Assembly (NCBI GenBank): GCA_964016885.1
Contig: OZ024741.1
Location: 338,210,001-338,274,000 of the forward strand
Source: Eledone cirrhosa
Lineage: Eukaryota
Length of the DNA: 64,000 bases
Reading direction: 5' to 3'
Part shown: positions 29,282 through 43,676 of the stretch, piece after piece
How the letters are laid out: the number at the start of each line of letters is the position of its first letter
Numbering within the stretch: position 1 is the stretch's first letter
The notes under the pieces: model-generated
Told to the model about the DNA's origin: nothing
Databases searched by the model: none
Seen by the model: the letters and a program-made list of their open reading frames with translations, nothing else
Program-made: the position numbers and the translations under genes

Positions 29282-29878
29282 TGTGTGTATGCGCATGAGT
29301 GTGTGTGTGAGAGAGAATGTTTGTGTGCGCGTGTGTGTGTGTGAGTGTGTGATCGCGTGTATGTGAGTGTGTGTGTCTGAGTGCGTGTGTGCGTGTGAGG
29401 GTGTGCATGTCCGTGTGTGAGTGTGTGTGAATGTCTGTGTGTGTGTGCGTGCGAGTGTGTGCGTGTGTGTGTGCGTGTCCGTGTATGTGTGTGTGTGAAT
29501 GTGTGTATGCGTGTGCGTGAGTGAATGTGTGAGTATGTGTAAATATACATGTGTTGATTTTCTGGGTGTGAATAGGTTTGTGCCTACAGCTGTATGTACG
29601 TTCTAATAAAGGCTTTGCCTCTGTTTTCTGACCAAGTGGACATGTCCGTATATGGTTGTAAGGCATAACGTAAAATACATATTTACACGTGCACACACAC
29701 ACACACACGCACGTATCCAGACACTCACGTCAACACATACACACGTATCTAGACATTCATGTCATCACAAGTACCCGCACATACCAAACAAGAATTAGAT
29801 GAAATGACGATTGTGTTCACAAACAATTCTTTGAAAACATTTCTTAGTCACGTCAAACTGTTTTATAAAAGACACACA

Positions 29879-29973
<95 letters not shown>

Positions 29974-30104
29974 GAGGGAGAGAGAGAGATAATATTAATT
30001 ATGTATTTATATAATATATCTATAGAATAGTAAAATATTTTCACTTGACCTATTGAGTAAAATCTTAGATTTTCAGGAATGTATGTATAATATATATATA
30101 TATA

Positions 30105-30179
<75 letters not shown>

Positions 30180-30195
30180 GTACATATATATGTAC

Positions 30196-30627
<432 letters not shown>

Positions 30628-30628
30628 A

Positions 30629-30661
<33 letters not shown>

Positions 30662-30720
30662 TGTTATACTTTGGGAGGGTCATTTCAGATAAAGAATCTT
30701 GCTAAACAAATTCAGAAACG

Positions 30721-30822
<102 letters not shown>

Positions 30823-30989
30823 ACGCACCCGCAGCCGCTTACACACACAAGCACATATTTCTGCCAATCTCTTATGTGTGTGATTTCAGTACAGGGTTAT
30901 TATAGAAAAGTTTTTTTACGTACTACACGTAATACCCATACTGCAATACTACAATAGCTAGCAACTCCCTTGGAAATTATATTATTAGA

Positions 30990-31077
30990 ATGGAGAGGAA
31001 AGCGGCAATTTCTGGCATACTTCTCTGTTTGATTCTCTTCACATCATGTACTTTATCATCCGTCAATTCTCTCTCGA
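30990..31077 (+). CDS. Candidate first coding exon of a host gene: signal peptide [29 protein letters not shown]
   Basis: ATG, basic N-region, hydrophobic core, small-residue C-region. 88 nt ending at a consensus GTAAGT donor (phase 1). Upstream TTTCAG acceptor at ~30888. Non-microsatellite sequence. Confidence 0.6.
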
Positions 31078-31191
31078 GTAAGTATCAGGAACATTTATTT
31101 TATTTCTATTATTTACAAGGCTGTTGGGGTAAAATAAAAATGTAATTGTATCATGTGCACGTATATCTGTATGTATGTATATATATATATT

Positions 31192-31280
<89 letters not shown>

Positions 31281-31454
31281 TGAAAGCAGCGATTCTTTGC
31301 TTAAACTTTAATCTGTTATTTTAATAAATATATATATGTATATATATATTTATATATATATATATATAATAAGGGTTGACGGACCCAGCATATTTATCAA
31401 TGCCAGTACCGGTTGTATCTCAGCGCACTCAATTATATGTATATATACACACGC

Positions 31455-31522
<68 letters not shown>

Positions 31523-31608
31523 GCACGCACACGCACACACACACACACACACACGTATGTATGTATGTATGTATGTATATATATATATATATATATATAT
31601 AAATATAT

Positions 31609-31780
31609 GAAAAGATTCAGGACCCCGACGGCTGAGCTCCGGCCGTGTTTCCAAAAACGGCCGGAGCTCAGCCGTCAGGGTCCTGACTCTTTTCCTATTA
31701 CCCACTCTACTACCCCAAGTATTGAGTACTCTGGTGCGTTAAGGACCACCTGGTATCTTACCACACCTTCTTTCTTGTTG
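31609..31780 (+). mobile_element. Mini-element of the half-hammerhead family, with 30-bp fold-back
   Basis: Arms 31617-31646 / 31657-31686 (1 mismatch). Tail CCTATTACCCACTCTACTACCC..GTATTGAGTACTCTGGTGCG..CTTACCACAC is shared with 37570, 44537, 45021 and 58951. Confidence 0.7.
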
Positions 31781-32505
31781 TTTTATATATATATATGTGT
31801 GTGTGTGTGTGTATGTGTGTGTGTGTATAGTTCTGGGTTGTGTATCATGCTTTAGCTCTCCTGTGTGTGTGTGTGTCTGCGTGAGTGCATGTATGTGTGT
31901 GTGTATATGTATGTGTGTGTGTGTATGTATGTGTGTGTCTGCGTGAGTGTGTGTATGTGTATGTGTGTGTGTGTGTGTGAGTGTGTGTGTTTGTGTGTGT
32001 CTGCGTGAGTGTGTGTATGGGTGTGTGTGTATGTGTGTGTGTGTGTCTGCGTGAGAGAGTGTGTGTGTGTGTGTGTGTGTGCGCCTGTATGTGTCTGCGT
32101 GAGTGTGTGTATGTGTATGTATGTATGTGTGTGTGTCTGCGTGAGTGTGTGTATGTGTGTGTGTGTCAGCGTGAGTGTGTGTGTATGTGTGTGTGTGTGT
32201 CTGTGTCTATATTAATATTCATTTACTACTTTCATTCAATTATTAGTTCCTCCTTAAGCTGGGACTTGGTATTGAACGGTTCAGTCGACAATATCGATTC
32301 CTAATCACTGATTCTATAAAGCTCATATGGAATTATTGGGTCCCCGTCGTACGGTCAGGGTCAGACTTTGACCTGCTGAGACCCTAATCTGTATGGAATG
32401 TGAGGCCCTTCTCTAAAAAATTCGAGTAAAATAAATTTAAACGATTACATATGATTATCATTTTTTTTTATAATAATGTTAATGATGAAGAATAAATTAT
32501 ATATA

Positions 32506-34849
32506 TTTCCCACACGCCACCTACACCCACAACAAGCTTAAACACCACACACACACGTGCGTACCACCACATATTTACACATTCAGCCTCCGGATTCCTC
32601 TCCCCCCACCCCTCTATCCACATACGCACACACACTCCGACCTACACCCCACCCCACACACACCTCTTCCTGAACATGCAACCCCGTTCTTCCCCCAACC
32701 CTTGCTTTCACATACACACACACACACTTACACACGTACACCTACACACACACACCACCTTCAGCCCTCCCCGCTCGGACACCCCGTCTCCCTCTCCCCA
32801 CTCCACCCGCCACCACCCCTACACGCCCCCACATTCTTCCACCATCTGTTTTACCCCATTTTAATTTTATTTTGATCATGCCTTTATTTTTAATTTCATT
32901 TGCACCGTTTCCTCTCACCCCCTTTTTGCTATATGTCTCTCCACCACTCCCCTACACACCCTTTGAACTCTCTTCCCACACACTTTTCACCTGAAGAAGG
33001 GCTTATGCCCGAAACGTCGTTGCCCACCACGACCCCACTCTCAAGAGCGTGAAATTAATAAACATTTGTTGTACTGCCTCTGTTTTGTTCCCGTTCAATT
33101 TTTCATTATACAATACACGCTCACACGGCTTCCATACCTTTGGAATATAACCTAACTACCGGCTCAACCCCGATCTAATCCGCCGTGACCACTCTCTGAA
33201 CTTTCCACACACCTTCCCACACTTGTTCTTTCCTTCCACGCATTACCTTTGTTTGATTTTTTTACTGTACTTGTTTATTTCTGTATATGATTTTTTGCTT
33301 GTGTTTTTACAATTTTATTTCTATGATTGTTTGTCCACGATTGCCTGTGTTTTTACCTTTATGATTTTTTGTCTTTATTTTTCCTGTGTATGCTCTCCCC
33401 TCCTTACGTTTTTCTGTTTCATTTTCCCTTCCCCGTCTCTGCCTATCCTTCGCACTCACTCCTTCGTTCAACCCCACTCCGCTTCACACACCTGCTTTCT
33501 CATCCCTCCCCCTGCTTTCACCCAACGCCCACCATGCTCAGCCTGAGATCCTTTCTCAACCAACTACACACTAGCCTCAAACTTTTCCTCACCCCCCTCC
33601 TCCCACCCTGCTATCTCCCCTCTGCCCTTCAACTCTCCTACCTTCTCTTCGCCAAAACCCGGCACTCCAGCCACATCCATTTCCTCAGCCACTGCCTCCG
33701 CCTCCACCTTACCCCCCTCGGCTTCCGTCTACACTTCCACACTTCCCTCGCCGCTTCCCCCTCCACGCAACGTATCCTCACCCGATCCTCACGCCTCCTA
33801 ATGCGCAACTCCATCCGCGCCTCCCGTTCCCCCCTCCGCAAACTTGACCACCAACTGACCCCCACCCTCCTCCGCCTTAACTCCACCTGCCACCCCCTCC
33901 TCGCCCAAGCCATCCTCCTCTTCATCCAAAACCTCAACCACGACCTCTTCTCCTTCCTCACCTCCACCAAAGCCCGCAAGCTACACTCACTCCTCCCAAC
34001 CACCCCCATCCACCACCACCCGCCCATCCCCATGAGCCCACCACTCTCCACCCCTCCCTCGACCCACACCCCTACCCAATCTCCACCCTCCACCTCACCC
34101 CTCACACCCCCACACACACACCCAAACCCCACCACTTGTTGTCACCATACCCCCTGACCTCCCCCTCTCCGCACCTGAGCGCTCACTCCTTAGTAGAGGC
34201 CTTCGCTTCATACCCCACACTCCGCACAGCGACGAGTTCCGCACCCGAACGGAAGTCGAGCGATTCGTGCGACGCACGAAGCTACAGGCACATTTCGGCC
34301 GAACGCCACCGGCTCCGGACGCCCCAGACCCGTTTCTCGCCCTGGGACGACGACTATCTTCTTGGACGCCGGCCCCCAGGGCAATTTAGCACCCTGGACG
34401 CGTTCGTCGATGCCAGCCGTAGCGCCGTAAATCGTTTCGACTTCCGCCACCGTTCCAAACGGAATAATATCTCACGGGGCGAACTCCTCGCTCTCCGCTC
34501 CCTCCGTAGCCGAGATGACATCGTCATCAAACCGGCGGACAAGGGAGGCGCCGTGGTGGTGTGGCGCGCGGACCTCTACACGGCCGAAGCCCTCAGGCAG
34601 CTCCGTAACCCCCTCTTCTACCGCCCTCTACCCTCCGATCCCACACCCCTCTACAAACAACAAGTTTCCTCCACCATCCAACACCTTGTCTCCTCCTCCT
34701 CCCCCCCCCCCGCTTCCCACCTCATCGTCCGCACCTCCCGCACCCCCACCATCTACTTCCTCCCCAAACTCCACAAACCCGACAACCCCGGCCGCCCCAT
34801 CGTCTCCGCTTGTAACTGCCCCACCGAACTCATCTCCGCCTTTCTCGAC
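32506..34849 (+). mobile_element. Neptune-type Penelope-like element, 3'-truncated copy (pLTR + N-terminal/RT start)
   Basis: pLTR 32506-33110. LLSRGLRFIP, DIVIKPADKGGAVVVW and FLPKLHKPDNPGRPIVS motifs. Cut at the duplication junction. Confidence 0.9.
32984..33054 (+). ncRNA. Hammerhead ribozyme motif in PLE pLTR (copy 1)
   Basis: TTTCAC-CTGAAGA-A-GGGC TTAT GCCC-GAAAC-GTC ... GTGAAA, followed by AATAAA. Confidence 0.7.
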
Positions 34850-34873
34850 AAGAAAAACATTATGGCAAACACA

Positions 34874-34949
<76 letters not shown>

Positions 34950-35400
34950 ATGTTTGTTTGTGTGTGTGTGGGTGTGTGTGTGTTGGTGTGTGGATTTCGC
35001 GTGTAAACAAATTTTAACAATGTTGAAAAAGGAAGATAACAATAAAATTAAAACAAAGAAGGTTCCTCAATATTGAGGAGACATTCGAGGGTCATTCGGG
35101 GGAAAAAAACCCATAAAACCACGGATGCCTTGATCTCTAGGGTAAGTGCCTTGTCCCAATTGTACGCCAATCTACAGGCTGACACTTAGAGCGGGCCATG
35201 CTCGCCTCTTACACACACCTTTCAACAAATTGCTTTGGAGGTAGCACTTCTCTTTCCACCCTGATTTTCCTCCTCAAGAGGAACCTGAAGAAGTTAATCA
35301 GAGCTTCGTTAAAGAAGAAAGGGCTCGTCTTCAAACCTTTCAAGTGCGTGCACCATACAACCTCTTTCACCATGACCACAAGACAAACGGTCTGCCATCT
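34850..35400 (-). mobile_element. Duplicated L1/Tx1-like LINE 3' fragment
   Basis: Translation identical to 29090..29296 (ORF 35209..35415). Confidence 0.55.
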
Positions 35401-35989
35401 TGTGTGTATGCGCATGAGTGTGTGTGTGAGAGAGAATGTTTGTGTGCGCGTGTGTGTGTGTGAGTGTGTGATCGCGTGTATGTGAGTGTGTGTGTCTGAG
35501 TGCGTGTGTGCGTGTGAGGGTGTGCATGTCCGTGTGTGAGTGTGTGTGAATGTCTGTGTGTGTGTGCGTGCGAGTGTGTGCGTGTGTGTGTGCGTGTCCG
35601 TGTATGTGTGTGTGTGAATGTGTGTATGCGTGTGCGTGAGTGAATGTGTGAGTATGTGTAAATATACATGTGTTGATTTTCTGGGTGTGAATAGGTTTGT
35701 GCCTACAGCTGTATGTACGTTCTAATAAAGGCTTTGCCTCTGTTTTCTGACCAAGTGGACATGTCCGTATATGGTTGTAAGGCATAACGTAAAATACATA
35801 TTTACACGTGCACACACACACACACACGCACGTATCCAGACACTCACGTCAACACATACACACGTATCTAGACATTCATGTCATCACAAGTACCCGCACA
35901 TACCAAACAAGAATTAGATGAAATGACGATTGTGTTCACAAACAATTCTTTGAAAACATTTCTTAGTCACGTCAAACTGTTTTATAAAA

Positions 35990-36211
<222 letters not shown>

Positions 36212-36344
36212 TAGAGGGAGAGAGAGATAATATTAATTATGTATTTATATAATATATCTATAGAATAGTAAAATATTTTCACTTGACCTATTGAGTAAAA
36301 TCTTAGATATTCAGGAATGTATGTATAATATATATATATATATA

Positions 36345-36423
<79 letters not shown>

Positions 36424-36445
36424 GTATATGTACATATATATGTAC

Positions 36446-36537
<92 letters not shown>

Positions 36538-36573
36538 TTGTGTGTGTGTGGTGTGTTTATATATATATGTATG

Positions 36574-36741
<168 letters not shown>

Positions 36742-36911
36742 AACACGCACCCGCAGCCGCTTACACACACAAGCACATATTTCTGCCAATCTCTTATGTG
36801 TGTGATTTCAGTACAGGGTTATTATAGAAAAGTTTTTTTACGTACTACACGTAATACCCATACTGCAATACTACAATAGCTAGCAACTCCCTTGGAAATT
36901 ATATTATTAGA

Positions 36912-36999
36912 ATGGAGAGGAAAGCGGCAATTTCTGGCATACTTCTCTGTTTGATTCTCTTCACATCATGTACTTTATCATCCGTCAATTCTCTCTCGA
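36912..36999 (+). CDS. Duplicated candidate signal-peptide exon
   Basis: Same sequence as 30990-31077. GTAAGT donor at 37000. Confidence 0.6.
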
Positions 37000-37113
37000 G
37001 TAAGTATCAGGAACATTTATTTTATTTCTATTATTTACAAGGCTGTTGGGGTAAAATAAAAATGTAATTGTATCATGTGCACGTATATCTGTATGTATGT
37101 ATATATATATATT

Positions 37114-37242
<129 letters not shown>

Positions 37243-37404
37243 TGAAAGCAGCGATTCTTTGCTTAAACTTTAATCTGTTATTTTAATAAATATATATATG
37301 TATATATATATATATATAATAAGGGTTGACGGACCCAGCATATTTATCAATGCCAGTACCGGTTGTATCTCAGCGCACTCAATTATATGTACATATACAG
37401 ACGC

Positions 37405-37462
<58 letters not shown>

Positions 37463-37464
37463 GC

Positions 37465-37525
<61 letters not shown>

Positions 37526-37531
37526 TGTATG

Positions 37532-37569
<38 letters not shown>

Positions 37570-37574
<5 letters not shown>

Positions 37575-37742
37575 AGATTCAGGACCCCGACGGCTGAGCT
37601 CCGGCCGTGTTTCCACAAACGGCCGGAGCTCAGCCGTCAGGGTCCTGACTCTTTTCCTATTACCCACTCTACTACCCCAAGTATTGAGTACTCTGGTGCG
37701 TTAAGGACCACCTGGTATCTTACCACACCTTCTTTCTTGTTG
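37570..37742 (+). mobile_element. Duplicated half-hammerhead mini-element with fold-back
   Basis: Copy of 31609-31780. Hairpin spans 37579-37648. Confidence 0.7.
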
Positions 37743-38799
37743 TTTTATATATATGTGTGTGTGTGTGTATGTGTGTGTGTGTATAGTTCTGGTTTGTGTA
37801 TCATGCTTTAGCTCTCCTGTGTGTGTGTGTGTCTGCGTGAGTGCATGTGTGTGTGTGTATATGTATGTGTGTGTGTGTGTATGTATGTGTGTGTCTGCGT
37901 GAGTGTGTGTATGTGTATGTGTGTGTGTGTGTGTGAGTGTGTGTGTTTGTGTGTGTCTGCGTGAGTGTGTGTATGGGTGTGTGTGTATGTGTGTGTGTGT
38001 GTCTGCGTGAGAGAGTGTGTGTGTGTGTGTGTGTGTGTGCGCCTGTATGTGTCTGCGTGAGTGTGTGTATGTGTATGTATGTATGTGTGTGTGTCTGCGT
38101 GAGTGTGTGTATGTGTGTGTGTGTCAGCTTCTATAAAGCTCATATGGAATTATTGGGTCCCCGTCGTACGGTCAGGGTCAGACTTTGACCTGCTGAGACC
38201 CTAATCTGTATGGAATGTGAGGCCCTTCTCTAAAAAATTCGAGTAAAATAAATTTAAACGATTACATATGATTATCATTTTTTTTTATAATAATGTTAAT
38301 GATGAAGAATAAATTATATATATTTCCCACACGCCACCTACACCCACAACAAGCTTAAACACCACACACACACGTGCGTACCACCACATATTTACACATT
38401 CAGCCTCCGGATTCCTCTCCCCCCACCCCTCTATCCACATACGCACACACACTCCGACCTACACCCCACCCCACACACACCTCTTCCTGAACATGCAACC
38501 CCGTTCTTCCCCCAACCCTTGCTTTCACATACACACACACACACTTACACACGTACACCTACACACACACACCACCTTCAGCCCTCCCCGTTCGGACACC
38601 CGTCTCCCTCTCCCCACTCCACCCGCCACCACCCCTACACGCCCCCACATTCTTCCACCATCTGTTTTACCCCATTTTACTTTTATTTTGATCATGCCTT
38701 TATTTTTAATTTCATTTGCACCGTTTCCTCTCACCCCCTTTTTGCTATATGTCTCTCCACCACTCCCCTACACACCCTTTGAACTCTCTTCCCACACAC

Positions 38800-38870
38800 T
38801 TTTCACCTGAAGAAGGGCTTATGCCCGAAACGTCGTTGCCCACCACGACCCCACTCTCAAGAGCGTGAAA
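38800..38870 (+). ncRNA. Hammerhead ribozyme motif in PLE pLTR (copy 2)
   Basis: Same as 32984-33054. CTGAAGA at 38807. Confidence 0.7.
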
Positions 38871-39349
38871 TTAATAAACATTTGTTGTACTGCCTCTGTT
38901 TTGTTCCCGTTCAATTTTTCATTATACAATACACGCTCACACGGCTTCCATACCTTTGGAATATAACCTAACTACCGGCTCAACCCCGATCTAATCCGCC
39001 GTGACCACTCTCTGAACTTTCCACACACCTTCCCACACTTGTTCTTTCCTTCCACGCATTACCTTTGTTTGATTTTTTTACTGTACTTGTTTATTTCTGT
39101 ATATGATTTTTTGCTTGTGTTTTTACAATTTTATTTCTATGATTGTTTGTCCACGATTGCCTGTGTTTTTACCTTTATGATTTTTTGTCTTTATTTTTCC
39201 TGTGTATGCTCTCCCCTCCTTACGTTTTTCTGTTTCATTTTCCCTTCCCCGTCTCTGCCTATCCTTCGCACTCACTCCTTCGTTCAACCCCACCCCGCTT
39301 CACACACCTGCTTTCTCATCCCTCCCCCTGCTTTCACCCAACGCCCACC

Positions 39350-42117
39350 ATGCTCAGCCTGAGATCCTTTCTCAACCAACTACACACTAGCCTCAAACTT
39401 TTCCTCACCCCCCTCCTCCCACCCTGCTATCTCCCCTCTGCCCTTCAACTCTCCTACCTTCTCTTCGCCAAAACCCGGCACTCCAGCCACATCCATTTCC
39501 TCAGCCACTGCCTCCGCCTCCACCTTACCCCCCTCGGCTTCCGTCTACACTTCCACACTTCCCTCGCCGCTTCCCCCTCCACGCAACGTATCCTCACCCG
39601 ATCCTCACGCCTCCTAATGCGCAACTCCATCCGCGCCTCCCGTTCCCCCCTCCGCAAACTTGACCACCAACTGACCCCCACCCTCCTCCGCCTTAACTCC
39701 ACCTGCCACCCCCTCCTCGCCCAAGCCATCCTCCTCTTCATCCAAAACCTCAACCACGACCTCTTCTCCTTCCTCACCTCCACCAAAGCCCGCAAGCTAC
39801 ACTCACTCCTCCCAACCACCCCCATCCATCACCACCCGCCCATCCCCATGAGCCCACCACTCTCCACCCCTCCCTCGACCCACACCCCTACCCAATCTCC
39901 ACCCTCCACCTCACCCCTCACACCCCCACACACACACCCAAACCCCACCACTTGTTGTCACCATACCCCCTGACCTCCCCCTCTCCGCACCTGAGCGCTC
40001 ACTCCTTAGTAGAGGCCTTCTCTTCATACCCCACACTCCGCACAGCGACGAGTTCCGCACCCGAACGGAAGTCGAGCGATTCGTGCGACGCACGAAGCTA
40101 CAGGCACATTTCGGCCGAACGCCACCGGCTCCGGACGCCCCAGACCCGTTTCTCGCCCTGGGACGACGACTATCTTCTTGGACGCCGGCCCCCAGGGCAA
40201 TTTAGCACCCTGGACGCGTTCGTCGATGCCAGCCGTAGCGCCGTAAATCGTTTCGACTTCCGCCACCGTTCCAAACGGAATAATATCTCACGGGGCGAAC
40301 TCCTCGCTCTCCGCTCCCTCCGTAGCCGAGATGACATCGTCATCAAACCGGCGGACAAGGGAGGCGCCGTGGTGGTGTGGCGCGCGGACCTCTACACGGC
40401 CGAAGCCCTCAGGCAGCTCCGTAACCCCCTCTTCTACCGCCCTCTACCCTCCGATCCCACACCCCTCTACAAACAACAAGTTTCCTCCACCATCCAACAC
40501 CTTGTCTCCCCCCCCCCCCACCGCTTCCCACCTCATCGTCCGCACCTCCCGCACCCCCACCATCTACTTCCTCCCCAAACTCCACAAACCCGACAACCCC
40601 GGCCGCCCCATCGTCTCCGCTTGTAACTGCCCCACCGAACTCATCTCCGCCTTTCTCGACTCCATGCTCGCCCCCCTTGTCACCACCCTCCCCTCCCACA
40701 TTTCCGACACCATCCACGCCCTGCGCCTTTTCGACTCCTTCACCTACCCACCCTGCCCACAGCCCTTCATCTTAACCCTAGACATCAAGTCCCTCTATAC
40801 CGTCATCCCCCACGCCGACGGCCTACGCGCCCTCAAACACTACCTCGACCTTCGCCCCTCCCCCATTCCCTCCACCCCCACCTCCTTCGCCTCGCCGAGC
40901 TGGTCCTCACCCTCAATTGTTTCTCCTTCTCGGGTGAGTTTTACCAACAGGTCACGGGGGTAGCCATGGGTACAAGAATGGGCCCAAACTATGCCAACCT
41001 TTTTGTTGGCCATGTTGAGGCCCAAATATTTGCCCAGTACACCGGCCCCACGCCTGAACTGTACGGTCGTTACATCGACGACTGTATCGGAGCCACGACC
41101 CTCACCCGAGAACAGCTCGACTCCTTTCTCTCCTTCTTCTGCTCCTTCCACCCCTCCCTCCACTTCACCACCTCTATCTCCACAACCCACGTCCACTTCT
41201 TAGACATCTCCGTCGCCTTCGACCCCTCCCACCACTCCCTCGTCACCTCCGCCTTCTTCAAACCCACCGACTCCCACTCTTACCTCGACTTCACCTTTGC
41301 CCACCCCACACACACTAAACACTCTATTCCCTACTCCCAACTCCTCAGGATCCGCCGCCTCTGTAGCCGAGATGCCGACTTTGAGTCCCAGGCCCTTTCC
41401 CTAGTCAGCCATTTCATCCGCAGAGGTTACCCCCTCTCTCGTCCACACCGCTCTCACCCGCGCCCGTGCTGTCCACCGCTCCACCACCCTCACCCCACGC
41501 CATCGCACACCCACCCACCGTCTCCCCTTCCCCTCCACCATACCCCTCCACCGCACCATCCTCCGCCTCTTCCGGCGCCTCCAGTCCGACCCCTCCACCT
41601 CCCACATCTTCCCATCCCCACCACTGCCCTCCTTCAAACGCGCACGCAATCTCCGCACCCTCCTCGTCCATAGCTCCCCCCCCCCACGCTCTCCCTCCCC
41701 CGGTTCCTTTCCCTGTTCTAGGCCCCGCTGCAACACCTGTCCCCACATCACCAACACCACCACCTTCCAGGGTCCCAACGGCCATTCTCTCTCTGTCCGG
41801 CATGCCTTCCGCTGCATCTCCTCCAACCTAGTCTACGGACTTCGCTGCACGGAGTGCAGCGCGACTTACGTCGGACAGACTGGACGTCGCCTGGCGGACA
41901 GATTTACTGAGCACCTCCGGGATATTCGTCTCGGTGGCAGTTCCCCCATCGCCCCCACTTTGGTGCCCCTGGACATTCCGCACGCCATCTCACAGTCTGT
42001 GGCCTACTCCAATGCCACGGAACACCCGCCAATCTCCTAAGAGTTGAACAACGAACCATCTTCATCTTACAGACCCACACTCCCCCCGGCCTGAACTCCC
42101 CACCCTTATTCCTTTAG
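39350..42117 (+). pseudogene. PLE RT-GIY-YIG polyprotein, frameshifted
   Basis: GCCCACCATG start. Motifs DKG, LDIKSLYTVIPH, GVAMGTRMGPNYANLF, RYIDD, HFLDI, KPTD..YLDF, CSRPRCNTC (Cx4CxxC linker), NLVYGLRCTECSATYVGQTGRRLADRFTEH, PPGLN. TAG at 42115-42117. Several frameshifts. Confidence 0.92.
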
Positions 42118-43536
42118 CCTTCGACCGCCCCCCTCCCCCCACACATATCCCCCACTAACACCACTAACACACCCCTCCTTTTCACCGCCCACCCCACAAC
42201 TAACAATACTAACACCTCCACTCCACCCCACATCCGACCACCCTTCCTCAACTAACATACTAACATCCCTCCCTTCTTCTCCTCCCCCTCCTTATCACAC
42301 GCACTCACCCACCGGCACATATATACACGCGCTCACACTAAACACACACCCTACTACCACCACTAACCCTCACCCCCACACATCCACCCCATCACCCCGC
42401 AACTAACATCACTAACACCCCCTGACCCCAAGCACACGAACACACACACCCACTTACACCACCCACCCTACACGCAACTAACATCACTAACACCCCCCAA
42501 CCCTACGCACACGTACACACACACCCTCTTACACCACCCACTCTACACACCCTACCACCACTGACCCCCACTCACACCCGCATTCAACCCTTTCTCCACC
42601 TCCTGTATACTAACACGCACTAACACCCCCTTCACCAAACACACACACCAGTACATCACACTCCCTCCATCGACCCCCACACCCTTCTCTCCCCGCTCCA
42701 CCTACACCCTTTCTCAAACACTCACTCATCCCACTAACACTTCTACTAATACACACACACCCCCTCCTCACTCCAACTTTCACACCTACCCATCCTCTCC
42801 CCTTTACCATTCTACCCTACTGCTGCTATGCCCTCTGACCACCTCCCCGCACACACAGACACACAACACTCCTCCTGCCTTGACCACTTCCTGTTGCGCG
42901 CGCACCCCACATCTCCCCCTTCCGACCAATCTCTTCACGGATTACACGTATGTGAACCTTGATCCCGGAATCCACCACATCCAAGGATTTTACTAAGCAT
43001 TCCACGACATCTTCTTACGGAATCACCTTTATGACTCACCCACGCCACACACAAAAATAATTTTTTTTCCCACACTCCACCTACACCCACAACACGCTTA
43101 AACACCACACACACACGTGCGTACCACCACATATTTACACATTCAGCCTCCGGATTCCTCTCCCCCCACCCCTCTATCCACACACGCACACACACTCCGA
43201 CCTACACCCCACCCCACACACACCTCTTCCTGAACATGCAACCCCGTTCTTCCCCCAACCCTTGCTTTCACATACACACACACACACACGTACACCTACA
43301 CACACACACCACCTTCAGCCCTCCCCGTTCGGACACCCGTCTCCCTCTCACCACTCCACCCGCCACCACCCCTACACGCCCCCACATTCTTCCACCACCT
43401 GTTTTACCCCATTTTAATTTTATTTTGATCATGCCTTTATTTTTAATTTCATTTGCACTGTTTCCTCTCACCCCCTTTTTGCTATATGTCTCTCCACCAC
43501 TCCCCTACACACCCTTTGAACTCTCTTCCCACACAC

Positions 43537-43607
43537 TTTTCACCTGAAGAAGGGCTTATGCCCGAAAGGTCGTTGCCCACCACGACCCCACTCTCAAGAG
43601 CGTGAAA
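43537..43607 (+). ncRNA. Hammerhead motif in 3' pLTR, core-mutated (GAAAG instead of GAAAC)
   Basis: CTGAAGA at 43544. CCCGAAAGGTC at 43561. Confidence 0.55.
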
Positions 43608-43676
43608 TTAATAAACATTTGTTGTATTGCCTCTCTGTTTTGTACCCGTTCAATTTTTCATTATATATATATATAT

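Larger units (their letters stand above)
38323..43665 (+). mobile_element. Near-full-length Neptune-type Penelope-like retroelement with direct pseudo-LTRs
   Basis: ~600-bp direct pLTRs at 38323-38926 and 43066-43665, RT + GIY-YIG ORF between them, TA-repeat sequence at both ends. Confidence 0.93.

Noticed and set aside
32247-32400. Possible exon after TTATTAG
   Set aside because: Phase-1 reading hits a stop at once, and the acceptor is deleted in duplication copy 2.
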